A stretch of DNA of 64,000 nucleotides from a virus: positions 189,118-253,117 of IMG/VR virus record IMGVR_UViG_3300037454_000906. The stretch is one strand, 5' to 3'. The position numbers were made by a program, and so were the translations under genes. Of the stretch, positions 27,876-37,016 are shown piece after piece. The stretch's first letter is position 1. Every line of letters starts with the position of its first letter. Below the pieces are notes generated by a model that was not told the DNA's origin, did no database searches, and worked only from the letters and a program-made list of their open reading frames with translations.

Positions 27876-29479
27876 GTCGCAACCTCCATAGTCTTCAAGG
27901 CAACCATTGTATCATTCAGGTTGGTCTTCACGCCGAATATGCCTTTCCGGCCACCGTCGTACAGGACGAAATAAAATGCATAGATCATCTGGTTATCAAA
28001 TTCGAACGGTTCGGTCTCGAACGTGCGGTACTGGGACGAGGTGTGATAGGTGAAGTAAAGTTTGCTATCCATCACCCCCCAGTCAAACCATACGGTACCC
28101 GCGGGCACTACCGTACCGTCCTCCAACGTTACGTCTTCCGGGTTATAGAGATACTGGAACAGCGTATCACCCGGTACGTTTTCATGGAACTGCAGAGTCG
28201 CCTTGAACGTGAACGGGCTCTCGATCGTCCCATCCTTGTTATTGCCAAACCAGTTCAGTATCTGCGACCACTTCGGGTCATTGTTCGCATCATATTCATA
28301 GCCGTCATCAGTATTGGTTCCGTTACCCGGAGTCAGCCCCGGGACGAACCTGCGGGTCTCGTCATTCACCGCGATGAAATCCCGGCCAAGACCGCTCATG
28401 TCAGACGCGATGGCGCTATCGTCATCGAATGTAAGGTGCAGCAGATCAAACGAAGGTACTTCCGCGGGACGCTCTATGTCGTCAACGACCACCTGCTCCC
28501 AGTCATATCGGGGCACCTTGTTGCCATCCTCGTCCACGTCATATCCTATGACGGTCGCCGGGTTAAAGCCAATCTTCTGGACATGCCCATCCTTGTCGGT
28601 ATAGGACCCGGTGATCTCGTTGTAGGTCAGCATCGCATACCGGAGGGTCTCGTCGGCCCAGTATTCCACCCCATCCACTTCGCCGCGCCGTATCAGCGTC
28701 TTGGCAAACGTCTTCAAGAGGGAGTACCCTTCCCGGATCGACGGCTCGACCGTCTCCCACAGATGCCTCTTCTGTTTGGCTATCTCGTCCGGGTACACGA
28801 GTATCTGTTCGACATCGTTATACTGCTTGTTAACGATGAAGTTCATTTCGGCATACTTGATTTCCGCGGGGAGAGCATACGGCTTATGCATCAGCCCATG
28901 CGCCTCGAGACTGTAAGTCGTCTTGTACTGCTGAAACTTTCCACCCGAGTTGTCGGTCTCATCCTCGATCTGATCGTTGACGCCGGCAAGGAACACGGGT
29001 ACCGGAAGTTCTATTTCCGGCGCAAAGTCGAACTCCTTCAGGCGCACGGTGCGGTAGTCGTTGAAATAGGGCTCGACATTCTCCTTCAACTGCGCGAAAT
29101 CGGAAAAATTGTTAGAAAGGAGGGTAAGTTCGAACCGGTAGATTATCGGTTTCGGCTGAATGTCCCTTATCCAGAACTTGTTGCGCCTGGAATATATCTC
29201 ACGCCCATAGGTAGGCTGGACCAGGTTGGAATCGTCCTTCGCCGTCCCGTTGAACCTAAGTCCCGCAACGGGCAACACCTGCAGCTGCTGCTTGCTCATG
29301 GTCGAGCTCATCCAGTTGGCGAAATCGTCAGAGTAATGCGTGACCAGCTTGACCCGGACCGTATCGGCATATTCCGTACGGTTGGGATCCGTGTACTTGT
29401 TGACCCGCAAGTTGTTAAACATGTCATACAGGGCAACCAGCAGCTTCTCGATTTCTCTTACATAGTAAAACGGTGTCAT
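27872..29479 (-). CDS. gp15: Tail terminator gp15 homologue with C-terminal LamG-like extension (535 aa)
   Basis: FYYVREIEKLLVALYDMFNNLRV, PKPIIYRFELTLL, QLKENVEPYF match gp15; AGAGG RBS; TATAAAT promoter at 29501-29507. Confidence 0.75.
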   Translation of the reverse strand: MTPFYYVREIEKLLVALYDMFNNLRVNKYTDPNRTEYADTVRVKLVTHYSDDFANWMSSTMSKQQLQVLPVAGLRFNGTAKDDSNLVQPTYGREIYSRRNKFWIRDIQPKPIIYRFELTLLSNNFSDFAQLKENVEPYFNDYRTVRLKEFDFAPEIELPVPVFLAGVNDQIEDETDNSGGKFQQYKTTYSLEAHGLMHKPYALPAEIKYAEMNFIVNKQYNDVEQILVYPDEIAKQKRHLWETVEPSIREGYSLLKTFAKTLIRRGEVDGVEYWADETLRYAMLTYNEITGSYTDKDGHVQKIGFNPATVIGYDVDEDGNKVPRYDWEQVVVDDIERPAEVPSFDLLHLTFDDDSAIASDMSGLGRDFIAVNDETRRFVPGLTPGNGTNTDDGYEYDANNDPKWSQILNWFGNNKDGTIESPFTFKATLQFHENVPGDTLFQYLYNPEDVTLEDGTVVPAGTVWFDWGVMDSKLYFTYHTSSQYRTFETEPFEFDNQMIYAFYFVLYDGGRKGIFGVKTNLNDTMVALKTMEVAT

Positions 29480-29564
29480 TAGGTCCTCTTACTGCGTCAG
29501 ATTTATATTTAGCGGGCGGGTGACGATGCGCCACTGTATATAAATCTGTCACCGAGGTATCTCC

Positions 29565-29942
29565 ATGAAGAACGAATTGGATAAATATTTCAAGGAAGCT
29601 AACGAAACGATAAAGGACCGGGCCATACTGGAAGGCGTGGTGAACGGCATGAAGGCTATTGTAATCGAGGCTACCGGGGATTGCCCCTGCGGTGACCCGG
29701 ACTGCAACGGATGTTGTGGATACGGCCTGGAAAGCGAGCCAGAGGCGGTCACCGAGGCAACGGCTGAACCGGTAAGCGAGAACACCAAGGAAAATAGTCC
29801 ACTACAGGTACTGGAAGAGGCACGCGGGGATACCCCCAAGGCGTCGTTCGTCGCGATGCTCGCTGAGGCGATCGATCACATCGAACAGGCACCGCTCAGG
29901 ACCCGATTGAAGCAAAAGCTAGAAAAATACGCAAAACTCTAA
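29565..29942 (+). CDS. Acidic hypothetical protein with Cys cluster and cargo-type motif (125 aa)
   Basis: TATAAAT at 29539-29545, GAGG RBS; CPCGDPDCNGCCG. Confidence 0.7.
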   Translation: MKNELDKYFKEANETIKDRAILEGVVNGMKAIVIEATGDCPCGDPDCNGCCGYGLESEPEAVTEATAEPVSENTKENSPLQVLEEARGDTPKASFVAMLAEAIDHIEQAPLRTRLKQKLEKYAKL

Positions 29943-29945
29943 AGC

Positions 29946-29970
29946 AAAAAAAGGCCGCCGAATGGCGGCC
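29946..29970 (-). terminator. Intrinsic terminator after hsp20
   Basis: GGCCGCC-gaat-GGCGGCC next to an A7 tract. Confidence 0.8.
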
Positions 29971-29990
29971 CTCTCTATTTCCAAGTCATG

Positions 29991-30407
29991 CTACTCGATT
30001 TCCAGCTTACGCGGCTGGGATTCCGCCTTGACGGGAATCGTGACCGTGAGCACGCCATCGGCCAGGGCGCAGGGTACCTTGGCCGACGTATTCGCGTTGC
30101 CCGGCACACTTACTGTCCTGGACATCTTGACCGTGGTGTCATCGAACTTCCGCACCGCGGATACGGAAAGCGTACGCCCCTTCTCGCCGAACTCGACTGT
30201 AACATCCTCTTTTTGGACACCCGGGAGATCGAACATGAAAACAATGTTGCCATCCTTTTCGGTCTGGTAACCCTCGATGGTAGCCGGCGCAGCATCAGAC
30301 GACGGCTTCTTAGTATCCGGCCAGACCCACGCTGTCTTGAAACCGGCATCATTCAAGATGTCACGAAGCGACTTCTCGAGACCCATACATAACATAGAAT
30401 TAATCAT
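29991..30407 (-). CDS. hsp20: Small heat-shock protein Hsp20
   Basis: IVFMFDLPGVQKEDVTVEF...LSVSAVR...MSRTVSVP...ADGVLTVTIP alpha-crystallin motifs; start MINSM at 30407 after GGAG. Confidence 0.9.
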   Translation of the reverse strand: MINSMLCMGLEKSLRDILNDAGFKTAWVWPDTKKPSSDAAPATIEGYQTEKDGNIVFMFDLPGVQKEDVTVEFGEKGRTLSVSAVRKFDDTTVKMSRTVSVPGNANTSAKVPCALADGVLTVTIPVKAESQPRKLEIE

Positions 30408-30457
30408 AATATTTTTCTCCTTTACGGAAGTTGTTTGTTTTTCACACCAAAAACTAT

Positions 30458-30474
30458 TGCAAAAATCATGCCAA
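30458..30474 (-). promoter_or_regulatory. sigma54-type (-24/-12) promoter upstream of hsp20
   Basis: TTGGCATGATTTTTGCA fits TGGCA(C/T)-N5-TTGCA with exact GG-N10-GC spacing. Confidence 0.55.
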
Positions 30475-30542
30475 TGTTGAAATATCCACATTTCGTGCCA
30501 AAAATGGGTACCCCGATGCTTTATGTTTCTTTATGAAACATG

Positions 30543-30568
30543 AAAAGCAACCGACGATTCGGTTGCTT
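30543..30568 (-). terminator. Intrinsic terminator
   Basis: 10-bp stem AAGCAACCGA-cgat-TCGGTTGCTT with T-tract on the minus strand. Confidence 0.8.
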
Positions 30569-30597
30569 GATGACATGAAAGAAATATCCAGCGAAAC

Positions 30598-31077
30598 TTA
30601 TCGGAGCTTAATCTGGCCCTCGTAATCCTTCTGGGTAATCGGGGTGCTGCTTACCGCGCTTGCCGTACTGCACAAGGTCCACTTTTTGGATTTCAGCCTC
30701 TCAAGAAGTTCATCCTTGGTGAGAAGGCCTTTTTCCTCAGCTGCGGTGCGGTCCGGTTCGGCACCCTTGCCATTGGGGTTCTTCGTGATGTCATATTCCA
30801 TTCGGCGAAAGTTCAAGTTACCGCGACCGGGCGTATTGTTAATCATATCGTCTTCCTGGAACTTATCCTGCACCTGAGCCAGGCGGTCCTCGGTATGCCA
30901 CCAGTTCTGCTCATACGCACGTTCGAGGAACTTGTCGGCCTTACCGCTACTCAGGTCGCCCACGCCGCGGGCGAGTTGCTGAACCTGCAAGAAGAGATCA
31001 TGCCGGTAATCCGGGTGAGTATCAAAGTTATTCCCCACCATACCGATCGCATCACCATTGTTGGCTTTAATTCCCAT
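30598..31077 (-). CDS. Hypothetical protein (159 aa)
   Basis: Late promoter at 31109-31115 overlapping the gp55 stop codon; terminator downstream. Confidence 0.65.
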   Translation of the reverse strand: MGIKANNGDAIGMVGNNFDTHPDYRHDLFLQVQQLARGVGDLSSGKADKFLERAYEQNWWHTEDRLAQVQDKFQEDDMINNTPGRGNLNFRRMEYDITKNPNGKGAEPDRTAAEEKGLLTKDELLERLKSKKWTLCSTASAVSSTPITQKDYEGQIKLR

Positions 31078-31110
31078 TGTACACCCTACAAAATTTCTTA
31101 CAGATGAAGT

Positions 31111-31893
31111 TTATAGTTCGTTAGCCATTTCATCAGGTAGGATGCTGTCATCGTTGACCACCTCATCAAGTCGGTCCGCTTTTTTGGCGGCGGTATCGAC
31201 CGATTCCCCGGTCAGACCGATTTCGGCTGTCATCCCCCAATGTCTGCGGCGTTTCTCGTTCTTCACCGTACCGGCATACTGATCGAGCGCGATGCACGAA
31301 TGTAGGATACCCTCGTCAAGAGGAACCATCTGCATGTGGGAACTGCGCTTGTCAAGATCGTCCCATTTTTGGAAACACGCGCTCCTGATGGTCTTCTTGA
31401 TATAATTGTATGGATCCCCGCTCTTGGACTTGGCGCACTTTTCCGGGTTATAGTTGTGCACATACCGAACGCAGTGTTCCAGTGCGAGGCCACGGTATTC
31501 TTCCTTCCATTCGGCGGTGTAGCCGGAGAATCGGGGACCCCCAAGAACCTTGTCGACTATGATGCTGATTATCTTCCCCAGCCTGCCATCCATCTCCGGA
31601 CGAGGAATTGCCTTGACAGCTTCCTTGACCTTCGCATTTATGACACTCTTCGGAGCAGTCCCCGCCATTTCCGCCTTAATGCGCTCACCTACGGCCTTGC
31701 ATTCCTCCTTGTAAGGGAGCATGCGTGCCCGGTGTTCAATCAGCAACCTACCAAGATATTGCTTGTCGATGGTACCATACAGCATCGACATGATAGTCTG
31801 GTTGCCGTTCGCGTCAAACTCGGGCGCCATCTTTGTTTGCATGCCCGCCTTGACCTTAGACGAATAACGAGGTGTCTTTAAATCATGACCCAT
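31111..31893 (-). CDS. gp55: Late-transcription sigma factor, T4 gp55 homologue
   Basis: PRFSGYTAEWKEEYRGLALEHCVRYVHNYNPEK...DPYNYIKKTIRSACFQKW matches gp55 FSGY...EMI...E.C..Y..NF.PEK...PFAY. Confidence 0.8.
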   Translation of the reverse strand: MGHDLKTPRYSSKVKAGMQTKMAPEFDANGNQTIMSMLYGTIDKQYLGRLLIEHRARMLPYKEECKAVGERIKAEMAGTAPKSVINAKVKEAVKAIPRPEMDGRLGKIISIIVDKVLGGPRFSGYTAEWKEEYRGLALEHCVRYVHNYNPEKCAKSKSGDPYNYIKKTIRSACFQKWDDLDKRSSHMQMVPLDEGILHSCIALDQYAGTVKNEKRRRHWGMTAEIGLTGESVDTAAKKADRLDEVVNDDSILPDEMANEL

Positions 31894-31935
31894 TTACAAA
31901 ATTCCAAATGTAATTCTGTTCACAAAACTATTCCA

Positions 31936-34395
31936 TTATCCGGCAACCGAGTTCCATATCGAACAGAGACGCTGTTTTCCAATAGCCTCGTCATAGAACC
32001 TAAAGCCCCACGTGTTCGGTGCTATCGTGACCTGGGACATTACCGGCCCTTCCAGTTCAGGATCATGCATGTCATCACAGGTCTTCCTCAATACCGAATT
32101 CTCGTCATATACCCGCACCGCACAAGCGGTGGTGGTACATCCGATTGACCAGTAAGAATACAGGGTTTTCGCAGTAAGTTCGTGCGTATACTCGACAACT
32201 TCATCAAGCACGGGGGGTCCATCCCGACCGGTTATCGGCATACCATCCGCACCCACGACCGGACGCATGGAAGTCACCTTGAAATTCCACGTATCGTCAA
32301 ACAATCCGAATCCAGTAGCGAGGTGGCCGCCATGCTGAACAAACCACGCATCGCGCGTGCGCGTCACACCGTCATCAAGGATAACTTCGGAGTTCTCGTC
32401 AACGTCAGTCTCATGCGCGATTCCTTCAGTACACAGGTGGTACACAAGGTAATCCATCCCCGTGTCATAACGACCGCTTCCGACATAGGCGAACAGGTGC
32501 CATTTTCCGTCATCCTCGTCACGCTGCCAGAACACGATGCTGAACCCATTCCGATCACGCGACGAAAACTCGCTGGGAACATCGAAAGTATATACACGGT
32601 CGCAATCGCACATCGGAACCCCGGTCGGCGCGGGGACCGTGCCCGGCAAGCAGTTATAGTCCCGCTCGGAAACGTTGACCCCGTGGGTAACATCAAAACG
32701 ATCGATTTCCTCGGTGCAAGTATCCTTTACCGGATCACCCGCCGTTCGGTGCACGTTGTTTACCAGTTCCTTGTCCGCGCCGGCAATTATGCGGTAATCG
32801 GTGACATCGACCCGGTTCGTCGGGAACAGTGAACCCCTGCGGGCACATGAAATCTTGATTGTTCGGGTCGCCTTCGCCAGGTAACACGAACCATTAAGGT
32901 AATAGTACCATATATGGAAGATCGACTTCCCTGAATGTTCGCATGTGCAGAAATCAATGTCGTTCTGCATGATGAGGAAATCATCCCCGGATATGGTGTT
33001 GCCCGAGTGTGGCGGCACGTCATCAGTGCGCTGCACCCAGTCACCGCAGGTCACTTCCCATATGCCATTGGTTCCCGGAGTGGACTGGTTGGTGAGAAGA
33101 ACCGTGTCGCCCGGCTTCACGTCATGCCCACAGATTCTTCCGGTGCCGTGCAGAGTCGGGATGGACTCATCGCCGTATCTGGAAAACATCGGGACATCAC
33201 CATCGCATACCACGGTCACCGAATCGACTATCCTGGCACCGAGGTCGGCTATCACGTTCCCATCAACGGGAAGCGGCTCTTGTCCGGCATCCCAACATGG
33301 GTTGTCATTTTCTGGAGCATTGCCGGACCGGCTATCCAGGAATGACTTCAATCCCTCCCAGTCACCCGCACGCACAATCCATAGCCCGTCACCCCCATCA
33401 TGCTGAGCATCCAGCCACACGAGGTCGCCTTCGCGCAATGCGATTCCATCAAGGACATACTCGCCATTCTTCTTGGGTACGAGGCCGGAATGTTTCATGC
33501 GCACCCGGTAGTATCCCATCTTGCTGCAGTCTGCTCCCTCGGGAATACGGAAATAGACCGATTTGCCCAGGCTTCCGGTGACCCCCTCTTGGGCACCCTT
33601 CGCGCTGGATGAATAATCGTCGTTGACAAGGCTGAGCTCGGTGGAATAGAAGCAGGATGGGTCCACCGTGACGACAGCGCCGGCAGGAGTCTTCTCCATG
33701 GCAGTCTTGGATGCCAGGTCGTACCGATACCTGATTAAAGCGATGTTGCTATCCCACAACGTCTCCATGTCGCCGGAGCCGGCGATTGCCGTATATGCAT
33801 CGGCATCCCCGTAACCGAGGACCAGTCCGTACACCCCGCACACTTCCGAACAATCGGAATCCTTAAGTACGAACGGATCGCCGAAGACGAAAGATATGGT
33901 GTCGTACCCATCAGGTTCGCCATATTTTCTCAAAAGGTTCGTGTCGGGCACCTTCACAGTATCGCCGTCCGGACGCACAATGAACACATCCATGTCATCG
34001 TTGAACCCGTGGCCATGGATGGTCACGTATTCACTCGTCCCGACCTTGCTGGCCAGGCCGTCGACATACTTAATCGTGGGCTTATCAAAGTGCTCGCCCC
34101 TGGCGAATACGGAGAAGCTGCCTTTCCAGTTGCCCCGGGTACCATCGGATTGTTCGAACTCGACATATAGCGGCACCTCGTACCTGTATGTACCAGATTC
34201 TAACCGCTCCCCCTTCCACACGACCTGCCAGATGTCCTCATACCGCTCGACAGAGAACAGGGCGAGCAACGAGGGCTCGTCCGAATCTATCGCCGCGGCA
34301 GTAATACGTTCTGCATCCGTACTCGGCAGGATAACTATTTCGCCAATGGCAAAATCCGGTTTTGCCGGGAATACGCGTGGAGTAAGGCCGAACAT
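31936..34395 (-). CDS. Structural/fibre-like protein with Ig/IPT-like segment and tail-fibre repeats (819 aa)
   Basis: KPTIKYV...YVTIHGHGF; two copies of GDxVxLxxQ...GxWxV..GxW; many Cys. Confidence 0.6.
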   Translation of the reverse strand: MFGLTPRVFPAKPDFAIGEIVILPSTDAERITAAAIDSDEPSLLALFSVERYEDIWQVVWKGERLESGTYRYEVPLYVEFEQSDGTRGNWKGSFSVFARGEHFDKPTIKYVDGLASKVGTSEYVTIHGHGFNDDMDVFIVRPDGDTVKVPDTNLLRKYGEPDGYDTISFVFGDPFVLKDSDCSEVCGVYGLVLGYGDADAYTAIAGSGDMETLWDSNIALIRYRYDLASKTAMEKTPAGAVVTVDPSCFYSTELSLVNDDYSSSAKGAQEGVTGSLGKSVYFRIPEGADCSKMGYYRVRMKHSGLVPKKNGEYVLDGIALREGDLVWLDAQHDGGDGLWIVRAGDWEGLKSFLDSRSGNAPENDNPCWDAGQEPLPVDGNVIADLGARIVDSVTVVCDGDVPMFSRYGDESIPTLHGTGRICGHDVKPGDTVLLTNQSTPGTNGIWEVTCGDWVQRTDDVPPHSGNTISGDDFLIMQNDIDFCTCEHSGKSIFHIWYYYLNGSCYLAKATRTIKISCARRGSLFPTNRVDVTDYRIIAGADKELVNNVHRTAGDPVKDTCTEEIDRFDVTHGVNVSERDYNCLPGTVPAPTGVPMCDCDRVYTFDVPSEFSSRDRNGFSIVFWQRDEDDGKWHLFAYVGSGRYDTGMDYLVYHLCTEGIAHETDVDENSEVILDDGVTRTRDAWFVQHGGHLATGFGLFDDTWNFKVTSMRPVVGADGMPITGRDGPPVLDEVVEYTHELTAKTLYSYWSIGCTTTACAVRVYDENSVLRKTCDDMHDPELEGPVMSQVTIAPNTWGFRFYDEAIGKQRLCSIWNSVAG

Positions 34396-34401
34396 CAGTG
34401 A

Positions 34402-34932
34402 CTACCTCAACTTGGCAATCTCTTTCGTGTAATGTTTCAATTTCGGGAGCCAAGACTTCGGTCCCTCACGAACCAACTCAATGTATTTCGCGCGATGGGG
34501 CGGAATCCATTCTTCCGGAAATTCAAGCAACTTGATGACCCTGAGCAGTTCATGGTATGTCGCATCGACACTGTTGTTCACGGTGACACCGTTGGCCTTG
34601 ACTTCCGCCAGTTCAGGATCAATTCCATTGAGCTGGTTGATCATGGTGTCATAGCGTGCAACGGCGGCCTCCGCCTCCGACTCGGACATCACGTCCCGGA
34701 TGCTATTCGGGTCATTGTGGCCCGGATTATTCCACCCATTCTGGGGGAAGTTGCCCTGCGCATAACCCGGTCCCCCAAACGTTGCGCCCATATTCTGATA
34801 CGGGTACGGATTCGGTGCATAGTTTCCGCCGGGTATAGCCATGACCGGCTGCTGGAACCCATTGACTCCCTGTGGCATAGAACCTGGGGCCACGAGACCC
34901 GGCTGTTGTTGATTGTAATCATTCTGTCGCAT
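34402..34932 (-). CDS. Protein with Q/N/G/P/Y-rich low-complexity N-terminus (176 aa)
   Basis: Start MRQNDYNQQQ after TATAAAC (34950-34956) and GAGG. Confidence 0.7.
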   Translation of the reverse strand: MRQNDYNQQQPGLVAPGSMPQGVNGFQQPVMAIPGGNYAPNPYPYQNMGATFGGPGYAQGNFPQNGWNNPGHNDPNSIRDVMSESEAEAAVARYDTMINQLNGIDPELAEVKANGVTVNNSVDATYHELLRVIKLLEFPEEWIPPHRAKYIELVREGPKSWLPKLKHYTKEIAKLR

Positions 34933-35014
34933 GAAAATCCTCGTCAACAGTTTATAGCCACCCTTGCCGGGCGGCGGGATACGATTAAAAACTATGTCCT
35001 TTGCATCGGATGAG

Positions 35015-35041
35015 AAAAGGCGGACAAAATGCCGCCTTTTT
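35015..35041. terminator. Intrinsic terminator after the scaffold gene
   Basis: AAAAGGCGG-N8-CCGCCTTTT. Confidence 0.75.
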
Positions 35042-35068
35042 AATGAATTTGACAATTTCTGTCACAAA

Positions 35069-35965
35069 TTACCCAAACCGCCCACCGATGCCAAGTTCGT
35101 TGAGTGCAGCCATCTGGCGCATCGCTGTCGCCACGTCATCGGTGGTCTCGGAGGCTTCTTGCCTGATGGATTCGAGGGTCACCGTGGAACCCGGGAGTCC
35201 GATTTTCTGTGCAGACAGACCATGGCCAACACTCTCCACAAAGTTCCGACTAGTGGTGGTGGTCGGGGTCGAGTTGCCATCGAAGTCCAGGTGGAATTCG
35301 TTCTCATCCTCTTCATCGATGTCCTTGACTTTGTCACGAATCTTGTCCATCGTGACGCTGTCCGGATCGGGGTCCACATCGATAACGAACCCATTTTTGT
35401 CATCAATGAAGTGGTTCTGGATAAAGTCGGTTACGGCTTCCTTGGTAATTTCACGTTCATCGTGGCCACCAAAGTGCTTCATTACCTGGTTTACCGTGTT
35501 CGGGTCAAGGCCCTGGCACATGTTGAGCAGCTTCACTTCGGCCTGAGCCTTACCCAGTCGTTGCCTCAGCTGTTCCCCCGCCTTGTAATCTTCCTTCATC
35601 TTGATGTCATTCTGCGCGATTTGCTGTTTCAGTTTCTTCACAAGCTGAGTATCGCCAAACCCTTCTATACCGGAACTTTCGAGAATGGCGGCAACGCCTT
35701 GCAACGCCGCGTACATCTTGGTATTGATGGCGTCAGTGCGCATGCTGCCGATGCATGATTCAACTGCCGTGTTAATCTTGTCCTCGACCTTGTTGTTCAC
35801 GCTTTCGAGCAATTTCTCGAACTTATCGGCGGTTTTCTTGGATTCGGCCTTCACACCCGCCTCCAACCTCGCCTGGTAGTCCGACTCAATTTTCTGGGCA
35901 ACGGCTTCCGGCAACGCCTTGATTTCCGCTTCTGTCAATATCTGTTCCAGCACCATAGCAGTCAA
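35069..35965 (-). CDS. Prohead core scaffolding protein, T4 gp22-like (298 aa)
   Basis: Immediately after gp21; acidic coiled-coil with many hydrophobic-x-E-S/A sites (ILTEA, LLES, AVES, ILES, FVES, TLES). Confidence 0.7.
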   Translation of the reverse strand: MTAMVLEQILTEAEIKALPEAVAQKIESDYQARLEAGVKAESKKTADKFEKLLESVNNKVEDKINTAVESCIGSMRTDAINTKMYAALQGVAAILESSGIEGFGDTQLVKKLKQQIAQNDIKMKEDYKAGEQLRQRLGKAQAEVKLLNMCQGLDPNTVNQVMKHFGGHDEREITKEAVTDFIQNHFIDDKNGFVIDVDPDPDSVTMDKIRDKVKDIDEEDENEFHLDFDGNSTPTTTTSRNFVESVGHGLSAQKIGLPGSTVTLESIRQEASETTDDVATAMRQMAALNELGIGGRFG

Positions 35966-35968
35966 TCC

Positions 35969-36727
35969 TTATGCCATATGATTCAGGTAACTGATGAGGG
36001 ATTCACGATCGAAAGAACGATATCCCGTTGAAATTAAGGCCCTATTGTAAGCAACTTCCCTACGCAGGGAGTTGACGGACTCGGTGAGGACCTGCACCGG
36101 CTTTTCGACGGATTCACGCCTGGCGTTGAAGATTGCGGATTTACCAAAGCTCGGGTTACCGACCACATCAACAGTAATCATCGTGTAGTTATCGTCAAGT
36201 CGTTCAAACGTTTCCCTAGTAATGGGATCCTTCATCTTGATGGTATCGCCCGCACCGCGCAGAGAATAACCCGGATGATACCCGATCTTAATCAGGCCAG
36301 CCAAATCGTGCCCAGCATCGGTATCCTCGGCGACAACCATCCTGCACTTGAGACGGTCGCCCTCCATGTGGAGGTCTTCGATGACCGCGCAGGTCTTTTT
36401 CAGGTTCATTTCGAAAATCGAGTAGTCGCGCGGTTTCCCCTTTTCATCCAGGCGGGGATGGTTGAGTTCAGCGGCAAGCCGCCCGAAGGCAACGTAGTCG
36501 CGATTCAAGCGGTCGACTTCCCTGGAAATGATGGGAAGCGGATAGTCACGACCGTTGATACCGACAACGCCACAGACTATGGCGGTGCCCTCAATGATGA
36601 GGCGCTGTACCGGCTTCCCATCCAGGCCGATGCGCTGAGCAATGTGCGAGGTGGAACCCTCAAACACCGGAGTCTCAAAAATTCCCATGTCGTTAGTCAA
36701 TATGCCCATCGTTGCCGTCCCCTCCAA
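35969..36727 (-). CDS. gp21: Prohead core protease, T4 gp21 homologue
   Basis: IEGTAIVCGVVGINGRDYP, AELNHP, GYSLRGAG, TVDVVGNPS (S77 peptidase His/Ser/Asp motifs). Confidence 0.92.
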   Translation of the reverse strand: MEGTATMGILTNDMGIFETPVFEGSTSHIAQRIGLDGKPVQRLIIEGTAIVCGVVGINGRDYPLPIISREVDRLNRDYVAFGRLAAELNHPRLDEKGKPRDYSIFEMNLKKTCAVIEDLHMEGDRLKCRMVVAEDTDAGHDLAGLIKIGYHPGYSLRGAGDTIKMKDPITRETFERLDDNYTMITVDVVGNPSFGKSAIFNARRESVEKPVQVLTESVNSLRREVAYNRALISTGYRSFDRESLISYLNHMA

Positions 36728-36729
36728 AA

Positions 36730-36918
36730 TTATCCTAATTGTGGCTGGCTATTCGAAGGAAGCATGCTTTCGAACACCGCTTTGGTGACATCGGCTACAC
36801 GGTGCTTGAACTGGGATTCCAGTCTCGCCCCCACTATTCGCCGGATTTCGGCATCATCGTTATTGAACAATGCCGTGACGAGTCTCTGTGTTTCCGCTTT
36901 CTGCATTTGGCTTCCCAT
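36730..36918 (-). CDS. Small prohead core protein, gp67/gp68-like (62 aa)
   Basis: Directly upstream of gp21, own late promoter at 36932-36938; helical LVTALFNNDDAEIRRIV. Confidence 0.55.
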   Translation of the reverse strand: MGSQMQKAETQRLVTALFNNDDAEIRRIVGARLESQFKHRVADVTKAVFESMLPSNSQPQLG

Positions 36919-36970
36919 AATTTTTCAGTAAGTTTATAGCCCCGCATAGTTTTTGTTACCATTACGAAAC

Positions 36971-36995
36971 AAAAAGCGACCGCTTTCGCGGCCAC
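36971..36995 (-). terminator. Intrinsic terminator (GAAA tetraloop)
   Basis: Minus strand GTGGCCGC-GAAA-GCGGTCGC-TTTTT. Confidence 0.75.
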
Positions 36996-37016
36996 ATTTT
37001 GTTTGGCTAAGCATGC

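Noticed and set aside
27767-29482. 571-aa plus-strand ORF; likewise 37770-39098 and 55350-56324
   Set aside because: Antisense shadows of gp15 and other motif-supported genes.
30485-30500. Second sigma54 site TTGGCACGAAATGTGG upstream of hsp20
   Set aside because: The -24 element is good but there is no GC at the -12 position.
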